NCBI GenBank assembly: GCA_963827615.1
Contig: CAWHCA010000003.1
Coordinates: 13,367-77,366 of the forward strand
From: an uncultured Gammaproteobacteria bacterium
GTDB lineage: Bacteria > Pseudomonadota > Gammaproteobacteria > Steroidobacterales > Steroidobacteraceae
Length of the DNA stretch: 64,000 nucleotides
Reading direction: 5' to 3'
The notes below the pieces were generated by a model, which ran no database searches, was not told the origin of the DNA, and was given only the letters and a program-made list of their open reading frames with translations. A program made the position numbers and the translations under genes. Below, in pieces: positions 9,771 to 17,410 of this stretch (the stretch's first letter is position 1; the number at the start of each line of letters is the position of its first letter).

Positions 9771-10238
9771 TCAGTCGTTCTTGTATTTGTCGTGACAAGC
9801 CTTGCACGTGTTCGCCGTGTCGAAGAACGCCGCCTTGCTTTTCGCAAAGTCGCCTGACTTCGCCACCGTCGCCAGGGTTGCACTGCGCTCGACGAGGTCT
9901 TTCATCTTCGCGTCGAAGTCCGCGCGGTTGGCCCACATTTCGGGCTTCAGCTCCGAGTGCGGCAGGCCCTTGGTTTCGGCCGGGAAGCCTTCACTGAGCA
10001 TCGGTGCGATCAGGGCGACGCGTTCGGCGCGCTTCGCGAATTCGGCCGCGTCGTAAGGCGCCTTGCCCTGGGCCATTGCGCCCAGCGGGCCGAAGTTCCA
10101 GGCCATCACCTGGTACAGCGACTTGCGGTACTTGAGCGCCTGCTCGCCCTTCGATGGCGGGTCGTCGGCCTGCGCCGCGCCGGCGAACAGGCACGAGGTC
10201 GTGAGCAAGGCAACTGCAAACGAACGTGAAAACGTCAT
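9771..10238 (-). CDS. Cytochrome c-prime (class II cytochrome c)
   Basis: 155 aa with a signal peptide and a four-helix-bundle-like sequence. The single haem motif lies near the C-terminus (CKACHDKYK), which is the class II signature. Confidence 0.85.
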   Translation of the reverse strand: MTFSRSFAVALLTTSCLFAGAAQADDPPSKGEQALKYRKSLYQVMAWNFGPLGAMAQGKAPYDAAEFAKRAERVALIAPMLSEGFPAETKGLPHSELKPEMWANRADFDAKMKDLVERSATLATVAKSGDFAKSKAAFFDTANTCKACHDKYKND

Positions 10239-10328
10239 GGGTCGGGCGCTCCTTCAAGCGGCAGTCCTCGGGGGAACCGCGAAGGTACCGCAGCCCGCGT
10301 GACGGTGTCACGACGGCAATGCCGTCAA

Positions 10329-11078
10329 TCAACCCGTGCGACGCGAAGTGGCGAGGATGTCGGCGCGATAGGCGCGCAGGATCTTCCAGATCTCGGTCTC
10401 GGACGGGCGATCGGCCATGCGGGCGATCAGGCCTGCGAGCGCAGGCCATTCGCGGCCCCACTCGAGCATGCGAACCGCATCGGCGATCACCTGCTGCGTC
10501 ATGGCGTCCTTGGCCCTGGGTGTGGACGGCGACGCCGTGGCGGGTCCAGGACGAGCGGCGGGCTTCGGTGCCGGTGCCGACACCGGGGTTGTCCGTGGCC
10601 GTGCCGGCCGCTTGTGTGATCCGGTGACGGACTTGTGGGTGGCGTCGGTATGCGCTGCTTGCGCCGCGGCGGGCGCGGCAGTGGTGCGTGCTTGCTCGGG
10701 GGCGGCCTTGGTCCCGGCGCGAATTCGTGGCTGCTCCACCGTCGCAGACACGCTCGAATCCGGCGCTTTGCCGCTTGCCAGCGGAATGAAGCGTTCGATG
10801 TGCTCCGAGCCGAGCAGGCTCGTCAGGAACGACATCAACTCGAGCGACTCGGCAAATTTCGCGTCGCCTGCGTCACGGCGTTCGTTGAGGTGCCGTTTCA
10901 GGTCCAGCAGGCGGGTGCGGGCGAGATTGACGACCAGCGCATTCGGACGCTGGTGCTTCGGCCAGCTCTCGGCGCGTGCGTACGCGGCGTCGTCCAGTTT
11001 CAGGTAACGCAGGTGCAGGTCAACGCTCGCCAACCAGCGATCGAGCAACTCCTCCACGCGCTTGTCCGTCGTCGACAT
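10329..11078 (-). CDS. Hypothetical protein
   Basis: 249-aa ORF with normal composition at both ends and an Ala/Pro/Thr-rich middle linker. No motif recognised. Confidence 0.55.
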   Translation of the reverse strand: MSTTDKRVEELLDRWLASVDLHLRYLKLDDAAYARAESWPKHQRPNALVVNLARTRLLDLKRHLNERRDAGDAKFAESLELMSFLTSLLGSEHIERFIPLASGKAPDSSVSATVEQPRIRAGTKAAPEQARTTAAPAAAQAAHTDATHKSVTGSHKRPARPRTTPVSAPAPKPAARPGPATASPSTPRAKDAMTQQVIADAVRMLEWGREWPALAGLIARMADRPSETEIWKILRAYRADILATSRRTG

Positions 11079-11215
11079 CGTGCCTGAACCCCGTCCTGTA
11101 GGCGGAGTCTAGCGTGCGGGCGGGGGTCTGCCGTGACCTCGTGCACCAGGCTGTGACCCGCCTCGCAGTTCGAGTCCGGGCGAGGCCTGGTCGGCAAAGG
11201 GTTGTCAAGTATCCG

Positions 11216-11240
11216 TATATGGGACATACTGTCCCATATA
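11216..11240. promoter_or_regulatory. AT-rich palindromic operator candidate TATATGGGACA-tac-TGTCCCATATA overlapping the start codon
   Basis: Perfect 11-bp arms with a 3-bp spacer, in an otherwise GC-rich region. A -35-like TTGTCA lies at 11202-11207, and a -10-like CATACT at 11225-11230 sits inside the palindrome. Both candidate ATGs (11219, 11240) lie in the arms. Confidence 0.4.
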
Positions 11241-12076
11241 TGGCATTACAGTCTCAGCGCTCCATCGTCACCGCCAGCCTGCGCTGGCTGCGGCCAATCG
11301 CGCGCTGGCTGTTGAAGTCCGGCGTCACCTGGAAGGAATTCGCCGAGCTGTCGCGCGGCGTCTTCGTCAGCGTCGCGGCCGAGGAATTCGGCCTGCGAGG
11401 GCGCCCCACCAACGTGTCGCGCATCGCGCTGCTCACGGGCATGACTCGGCGTGAGGTGCGCCGCTATCGCGAATCCGGGGTCGCGACACCAGTCGACGAC
11501 GTGCGAGCGGAGGACGACCTCAATCACGCGAGCCGCGTGCTGGCGGGCTGGCACCTCGACGCCGAATTCATCGACGAGATCGGCAAGCCGCGTGCACTGG
11601 AGGCCAAGGGCGACGGCGCGACTTTCGAACAGCTCGTGCGCCGCTACGCGGGCGACATCCCGGTGACGGCACTGATCAAGGAACTCGTGCGTTCGAGCTC
11701 GATCGAGCGCACGACGGACGGCCGCTATCGAGCGCTCCGTCGCTTCTACATGCCGCGGGCGATGGACGGGCAGGCCGTCGAGCGCGCAGGCGCGGTGATC
11801 GCCGACCTTGCGACCACGGTCGAACACAACCTGACGCGTGATGCTGCCGAGCCGCCGCGTTTCGAAGGCCGCGCCCAGAACCGTCACGTCGATCCGCGCC
11901 AGCTGCCCGCCTTCCGCGCGTTCATGGAGCGCGAGGGCCAGGCATTCCTCGAGCGCTGCGACGAATGGCTGAGCGCGCATGAAGCACAACAAGTCGATGG
12001 GGCGCCGGTGGCGACCCTGCGGTTGGGCGTAGGGGTCTTTGCAATTCAGGAACGGATGGTCGGAGAAGAATCATGA
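11240..12076 (+). CDS. Hypothetical cytoplasmic protein, first gene of the lipoprotein operon (possibly DUF6502-type; family name from memory, unverified)
   Basis: ORF from the ATG at 11240 (MALQSQRSIVTASLRWLRPIARWLLKSGVTWKEFAELSRGVF...). Its stop overlaps the next start (ATGA at 12073-12076). Confidence 0.55.
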   Translation: MALQSQRSIVTASLRWLRPIARWLLKSGVTWKEFAELSRGVFVSVAAEEFGLRGRPTNVSRIALLTGMTRREVRRYRESGVATPVDDVRAEDDLNHASRVLAGWHLDAEFIDEIGKPRALEAKGDGATFEQLVRRYAGDIPVTALIKELVRSSSIERTTDGRYRALRRFYMPRAMDGQAVERAGAVIADLATTVEHNLTRDAAEPPRFEGRAQNRHVDPRQLPAFRAFMEREGQAFLERCDEWLSAHEAQQVDGAPVATLRLGVGVFAIQERMVGEES

Positions 12077-13512
12077 TGCAAGCTGACACGGCGCTGGGCC
12101 GCTGGATGACGTTCGGTGTCGCGTTCCTGGTGGCTGCCTGTGGCGGCGGAGGCGGCAGCAGCTCGGACGGCGTCACCGCGGGCATCGATCGCGGCGGCAT
12201 CGTCACGGCCACGGGTTCCATCACCGGCTTCGGCAGCGTGCACGTCAATGGCGTGCACTACGTGACGACGGGCGCCACCATCACGCTCGACGACAACCCT
12301 GGCGCCGAATCGGACCTGCGCGTCGGCCAGGTCGTGCGAATCGAAGGTCGCATCGACCAGGATGGCGTCAACGGCACGGCAACGCGCGTCATCTTCGACG
12401 ACGAAGTCGAAGGCCCGGTGCAGAGCATCGATCGCGTGAATTCGCGCCTGGTCGTGCTCGGACGCACGGTCCAGGTCCGCACGCAGACGTCGTTCGACGA
12501 CAGCATCTCGCCGCGCAGCCTCGAAGGCGTCGCCGTCGGCGACCGCATCGAAGTCAGCGGGCTCGTGGCGACGACGGGCATCGTCGAAGCGACGCGCATC
12601 GAGCGGAAGACGGCGCAGTCGAGCGTCGAAGTGAAGGGCACCATCTCCGCGCTCGACACGAACGCACGCACCTTTGCGCTGAGCCAGCTGACGGTCTCGT
12701 ATGCGAGTGCGCAGCTGAACGGCTTCGCCAGCGGGCAGCCGGCAAATGGCGACCGCGTCGAGGCCTTCGGCTCGGTCGACGGCAATGGCGTGCTGGTCGC
12801 GACCCGGGTCGAGCGAGAAAGCGGTGGCACCGCCGGCAACGCCGACGAACAGGCGGACTATGAAGGCCTGATCACGAGCTTCGTGTCGGCAACGGATTTC
12901 GCGGTGGCCGGGCAGCGCGTCACGACGACGGCGTCGACCGCCTATGAAGGCGGCACGGCGTCGAACCTGGCCCTCGACGTGCCAGTCGAGGTCGAGGGCC
13001 GCTTCAACGCGTCGGGCGTCATCGTCGCGACCAAGGTGCAGTTCCGCCGCGGCAGCGACACGGAATTCTCGGGTCGCGTCGACTCGGTGGATGCGGCAGG
13101 CAACAGCCTGGTGGTCTTCGGCGTCACGATCCGTGTGAACTCGCTCACGCGCTTCGAGGACCACAGTGGCGCCGACGTGCAGCGGTTCAGCCTCACCAGC
13201 ATCGCCGTCGGCGACTACGTGGAAGTCGACGCCTACAACGACGGCAGCGGCCTGCTCGCGACGAAGCTCGAACGCGACGACGACCAGGGCGAGGTCCAGC
13301 TCGAGGGCGTCGCCCAGAACGTGGCCGCGCCGAATTTCACGGTCGGCGGCGTCGCCGTCACGACCGATGGCAATACCGAATTCAGGGATACCAATGGCGT
13401 GACCGTCAACGCCGCGGCGTTCTTCCAGGCGGCCCCGGGCCGCCAGGTCAAGGCGCGCGGCACGCTGGTGGGCAACGTCGTGCTGGCCACGAGGGCCGAA
13501 CTCGAAGACTGA
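12073..13512 (+). CDS. Lipoprotein built from repeated DUF5666-like beta modules
   Basis: It has a lipobox (FLVAAC followed by GGGGG). The internal module G.I.GFGSV.VNGV...T...DD.....L.VG..V.V.G recurs several times. It is a paralogue of the next gene. Confidence 0.65.
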   Translation: MMQADTALGRWMTFGVAFLVAACGGGGGSSSDGVTAGIDRGGIVTATGSITGFGSVHVNGVHYVTTGATITLDDNPGAESDLRVGQVVRIEGRIDQDGVNGTATRVIFDDEVEGPVQSIDRVNSRLVVLGRTVQVRTQTSFDDSISPRSLEGVAVGDRIEVSGLVATTGIVEATRIERKTAQSSVEVKGTISALDTNARTFALSQLTVSYASAQLNGFASGQPANGDRVEAFGSVDGNGVLVATRVERESGGTAGNADEQADYEGLITSFVSATDFAVAGQRVTTTASTAYEGGTASNLALDVPVEVEGRFNASGVIVATKVQFRRGSDTEFSGRVDSVDAAGNSLVVFGVTIRVNSLTRFEDHSGADVQRFSLTSIAVGDYVEVDAYNDGSGLLATKLERDDDQGEVQLEGVAQNVAAPNFTVGGVAVTTDGNTEFRDTNGVTVNAAAFFQAAPGRQVKARGTLVGNVVLATRAELED

Positions 13513-13589
13513 CCGGAGTTCCGGGGTAAAGACGGGCCTGCAATGACGGGTCCGATACCGATCAGTACCGAGCTGTGCAGAGGTGTGAG

Positions 13590-15626
13590 ATGAATCCAGT
13601 GCAGAACTTTTTAGGAATGACGGCAGTGGCCCTGCTGGTTGCCGGATGCGGTGGCGGGGGAGGCACGGCCGATGGCGGCGCGGCCTCGAACCCGCCGCCT
13701 GCGACCGGCTCGACCACGACCACGACGACGTTTGTCACCGGCGCGATCGCCGGCTTCGGCAGCGTCATCGTCAATGGCGTGCGTTACGACACGGACTCGG
13801 CGCAGGTCAGCATCGAGGACAAGCCGGCGACGGCGGGCGAGCTGAAGGTCGGTGAAGTCATTCACCTGACGGCAGAGGTCGATGCGCAGGGTGTCGCGCG
13901 CGCGAAGTCGATCCAGCAGGATCACCTGATCCAGGGCACCGTTCAGGCGCTGGACACGGTGGCGGGAACACTCACGATCGCCGGGCAGGTGGTCATCGTC
14001 GACAACGAGACCATGTTCGACGACTCGATCCCCACACGCTCGCTGGCCGGCATTGCGGTGGGCGACAGGATCGAGGTGCACGGCTTTGCGAGCGCCGGGG
14101 GCACGGCACGTGCGACTCGCATCGAGAAGGCAGGTGCGGGCGAGACCGAGGTCGAAGTGACCGGCGTGGTCAGCAACCTCGACACCGGCCTGAAGCGCTT
14201 CGACATCGGCACCCTCGTCGTCGACTACTCGGCGGCCACGCTCGAGGATTTCGGCTCGACGGGCCCTGCCGCCGGCAACCTTGTCGAGGTCAAGGGCACG
14301 TCGTTCCTGGCGGACGGCGCTTTGCGTGCCACGAAGGTGGAACGAGAGGGCCACAATTCTGACGGCCGCAGCGGCGACGACAGCGAAGTCGAGGGTCTCG
14401 TCACCCGGTTCGGTTCCGTGACGGACTTCGACGTCGCCGGCCAGAAGGTCATCACCAATTCCGCGACGATCTTCGTCAACGGCACTGCGACCGACCTGCA
14501 ACTCAACGTGAAGGTGGAAGTCGAAGGCAGGTTCGACTCGTCCAATGCGCTGGTTGCGGCCAAGGTCGCGTTCAAGCGGCAGTCGACGGCTCGCCTTGCG
14601 GCCATGGTCGAAAGTGTCGACGCGGCCGGCGGCAGTTTCCGCGCGCTGGGCGTGACTGTCGTGGTGTCCTCCACCACGCGCAAGGAGGACCACGAGAGCG
14701 ACGATCACTTCTTCAGCCTGGACGACCTCCGCGTCGGCGACTGGGTCGAAGTGGGCGGCTACGTCGATCCGGCCGGTACCGGCAAGCTGATCGCGACCCG
14801 GCTCGAGCGTGACGAACCGGAAGACGAAGTCGAACTGCGTGGCCCGGCGACCGACGTCGCAGCAACGAGCCTCAAGGTCCTGGGCGTCAGCGTCGAACTG
14901 CTGCCGGGCACCGAGTACGAGGACGAAGACACCCGAATCACCGCCAGCGAGTTCCTTGCGCGCGCGGTCGGCCAGACGGTCGAAGTCGATGGCAGCTGGA
15001 ACGGCACGTCGCTGCTCGCCGACAAGGCGGAGATCGAGCGTGAGGGCGGCGGTGTCGTCACACCTCCGGTCACGCCGCCGGTCACACCCCCGGTGACACC
15101 TCCGGTCACGCCGCCGGTGGGCGGCAACCAGCCGCCGGTTGCCAATGCGGGCACTCCGCGCAGCGTTACGACGGGCGCCACGGTCGCGCTCAATGGCACT
15201 GCCAGCACCGATCCGGAAGGCGCGGCACTCACTTATGCGTGGGTGCTGCAGGTTCCGGGCGGCAGCAAGGCGAGCCTGTCGAGCGCCACGAGCAGCCAGC
15301 CGAGTTTCGTAGCCGACGTCGCCGGGTCGTATACCGCGACGTTGACCGTGAGCGACGGTGCACTCACGTCGTCGGCCAGCGTTGCGATCACGGCGCAGGC
15401 GCCGACGCCGCCACCGCCGCCGTCACTCGACGGTGCGGCGCTCTATACGGCGAAGTGCCAGAGCTGCCACGGTGCGATCAAGCCGATCTTCAGCCGCAAC
15501 GCGCGTGACGCAGCGAGGATCCAGACTGCGATCGACAACAACAAGGGCGGCATGGGCTTCCTCTCGTCGCTGACCGCGGCCGAGGTGCAGGCCATTGCCG
15601 CGGCCGTCACGGCAGCGAATCCGTAA
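13590..15626 (+). CDS. Lipoprotein: DUF5666-like repeats + (TPPV)5 linker + PKD-like domain + C-terminal mono-haem cytochrome c domain
   Basis: The ATG at 13590 is preceded by GAGG, and the lipobox is LLVAGC. The PKD-like segment reads PVANAG...TVALNGTASTDPEG..LTYAW...GSYTATLTVSDG. The c-type haem motif CQSCH lies about 60 residues from the C-terminus. Confidence 0.7.
   Translation: MNPVQNFLGMTAVALLVAGCGGGGGTADGGAASNPPPATGSTTTTTTFVTGAIAGFGSVIVNGVRYDTDSAQVSIEDKPATAGELKVGEVIHLTAEVDAQGVARAKSIQQDHLIQGTVQALDTVAGTLTIAGQVVIVDNETMFDDSIPTRSLAGIAVGDRIEVHGFASAGGTARATRIEKAGAGETEVEVTGVVSNLDTGLKRFDIGTLVVDYSAATLEDFGSTGPAAGNLVEVKGTSFLADGALRATKVEREGHNSDGRSGDDSEVEGLVTRFGSVTDFDVAGQKVITNSATIFVNGTATDLQLNVKVEVEGRFDSSNALVAAKVAFKRQSTARLAAMVESVDAAGGSFRALGVTVVVSSTTRKEDHESDDHFFSLDDLRVGDWVEVGGYVDPAGTGKLIATRLERDEPEDEVELRGPATDVAATSLKVLGVSVELLPGTEYEDEDTRITASEFLARAVGQTVEVDGSWNGTSLLADKAEIEREGGGVVTPPVTPPVTPPVTPPVTPPVGGNQPPVANAGTPRSVTTGATVALNGTASTDPEGAALTYAWVLQVPGGSKASLSSATSSQPSFVADVAGSYTATLTVSDGALTSSASVAITAQAPTPPPPPSLDGAALYTAKCQSCHGAIKPIFSRNARDAARIQTAIDNNKGGMGFLSSLTAAEVQAIAAAVTAANP
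15060..15119 (+). repeat. Five tandem 12-nt units encoding (TPPV)5
   Basis: ACA CCT CCG GTC-type units were read directly. The synonymous third positions vary between units. Confidence 0.9.
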
Positions 15627-15669
15627 CAGGATCGACTAACAGAACCCCGGACCTCCCGGTCCACCCCTT

Positions 15670-15705
15670 GGGCGGGACGGCGCAAGCCTCCCGCCCTATT
15701 TTTTT
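15670..15705 (+). terminator. Rho-independent terminator after the lipoprotein operon
   Basis: GGGCGGGA-(11 nt loop)-TCCCGCCC followed by TATTTTTTT. The T-run also encodes the last codons (KK-stop) of the convergent solute-binding gene. Confidence 0.7.
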
Positions 15706-17270
15706 GTCTCGAAGCGCAGGTGACGCGTCGCGAGGTGACCGAGGGGGTTGACCGCGACGCCTGCGACGTCCGGCTTGGCGAGCAGCTTCGAGACGCGATG
15801 AAACACCGGGATGACCGGCGAGTCCGCGAGCAGCCACTGTTCGGCAAGGACCATGGATGACGCACGCTGCGCTGCGTCCCGCGCAAGCCGCGATTCGGCC
15901 AGCAGCGCGTCGTAGCGGGCGCTCTTGTATCCCGGAACGTTCTGCGCGTGGCCGGACTCGAACAGTGCGAGAAACGCCTCGGCGTCGATGAAGTCGGCGG
16001 ACCAGCCGAACCGTAGCAAATCGCAATCACCCGGATCCTCGCGCAGCGCGAGGTACGCCTTCCACTCGATCTCGACCAGCTCGACTTCGACACCGAGCGT
16101 GCGACGCCATTGATCGACAAGTGCGACCGCGGTTCGGTGGTGATTGGCACTCGCGTCCGAGCACAGTCGCAACCGATCAGGCGCGGCACCGCGTCCGCGT
16201 GCTTCGCGCCACAGCCTTCGCGCCTCGTCGATACGCTCAACCGCGGGAAGCGGAGTCCACGTGAACTGCGCCGGCGTGTAACCGGGTACGCCTGCGGGAA
16301 CCCAACCGTAGGCGGGTTGCTCTCCCGCGCCGGTCACTTGCCGGGTGATCTGCCCGCGATCGACTGCCATGGATAGCGCCACGCGCGCATCCCGGTCACG
16401 CATGCGCGCAAGATTGAACGCGTAGCCATACGTGCTCAGGTACGGCGCAATGTGCAGTTCATCGGCAAGGTTCTGCTGCAACCAGCTGACCTGCGTGTTC
16501 GGCACTTCGCTCGTAACGTCGAGCGCGCCCGAGCGGTAGAGGTTCAGCTCGGTGTTGAGGTCCTCGAGTGTCAGGTAGGTCACGCGCTCGACCGCCACCG
16601 CCTCCGCGGCGTGATAGTGGGGGTTGCGCTCGAGTTCGATCTTCTCGCCTGGACGACGCAGGAGTAGCCGGTAAGGGCCGTTGCCGATGAAGGATGCCTC
16701 AGCGCTGGCCGCGAATCGTTGCGGCGCGGCGACCGGCAGCGCCAGCACGGCAGGAAGGTAGGGCACAGCGCGCGCCATCTCGAGCACGACGGTCCGGGAA
16801 TCCGTCGCGTGGACGGAAGTGACGTCTTGCAGCAACGCGGAATAGGGTGCCTGCGAGTCCTTAACTCTTGCTGCATCCAGGCCAGCGACAAACTGCGCGG
16901 CGTTCAGCGGGGTGCCGTCGGACCAGCGCAGATTCTCACGCAACGTGAAGGTCCAGGTGCGGCCGTCGTCCGACACGCTCCATGTCTCCGCCGCTCCGGG
17001 GACGATGCGGCCGTCGGCAGCCTCCGTCGTCAGTCCTTCGAACAGTTCCTGTGACAGCGCCAGTGCCGGGTTGTCCTCGGCGAGGCGTGGGTCGAGAGTG
17101 GCGGGTTCGCCGCCCAAGGCGCGGGTGAGGGTACGGTGCGGGTCCGCAGTCACAGGCAGGTTTGCGTCCTGTGGGGATGGATGCCGATCCGATCCGCAAG
17201 CGGCGATCGCCAGCGTTACCAGTGCTACGACGCAGCGCAATAAGGCTGTCAACGTGTTTCCCGTCTGCAT
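15696..17270 (-). CDS. ABC transporter substrate-binding protein, family 5 (peptide/nickel type), lipoprotein
   Basis: I chose the ATG at 17270 (MQTGNTLTALLRCVVALVTLAIAAC lipobox). The body is OppA/DppA-like. No cognate permease or ATPase genes are adjacent. Confidence 0.8.
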   Translation of the reverse strand: MQTGNTLTALLRCVVALVTLAIAACGSDRHPSPQDANLPVTADPHRTLTRALGGEPATLDPRLAEDNPALALSQELFEGLTTEAADGRIVPGAAETWSVSDDGRTWTFTLRENLRWSDGTPLNAAQFVAGLDAARVKDSQAPYSALLQDVTSVHATDSRTVVLEMARAVPYLPAVLALPVAAPQRFAASAEASFIGNGPYRLLLRRPGEKIELERNPHYHAAEAVAVERVTYLTLEDLNTELNLYRSGALDVTSEVPNTQVSWLQQNLADELHIAPYLSTYGYAFNLARMRDRDARVALSMAVDRGQITRQVTGAGEQPAYGWVPAGVPGYTPAQFTWTPLPAVERIDEARRLWREARGRGAAPDRLRLCSDASANHHRTAVALVDQWRRTLGVEVELVEIEWKAYLALREDPGDCDLLRFGWSADFIDAEAFLALFESGHAQNVPGYKSARYDALLAESRLARDAAQRASSMVLAEQWLLADSPVIPVFHRVSKLLAKPDVAGVAVNPLGHLATRHLRFETKK

Positions 17271-17410
17271 GGATGCGAAGTCCGAGGCATATGGTCGTCG
17301 CAAATCAGGCGTATGACAAAAAGTGTGTCGGGTAAGGTCCGAACTGCGTTTTGACAGAACCCGGCAGGCTGGGTGACTATCCCCGCCGCTGTGCGTTTGG
17401 AGCGCGACGA

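Noticed and set aside
10298-10312. CGTGAC-GGT-GTCACG palindrome upstream of the cytochrome c-prime gene
   Set aside because: It has only 6-bp arms in GC-rich DNA and matches no regulator consensus I know (FNR, NsrR). It could equally be a weak terminator stem for the upstream gene. The evidence is too weak to call.
12046-14708. Long minus-strand ORFs 12046-13164 and 13611-14708
   Set aside because: They are antisense to the two repeat-rich lipoprotein genes, which have lipoboxes and coherent internal repeats.
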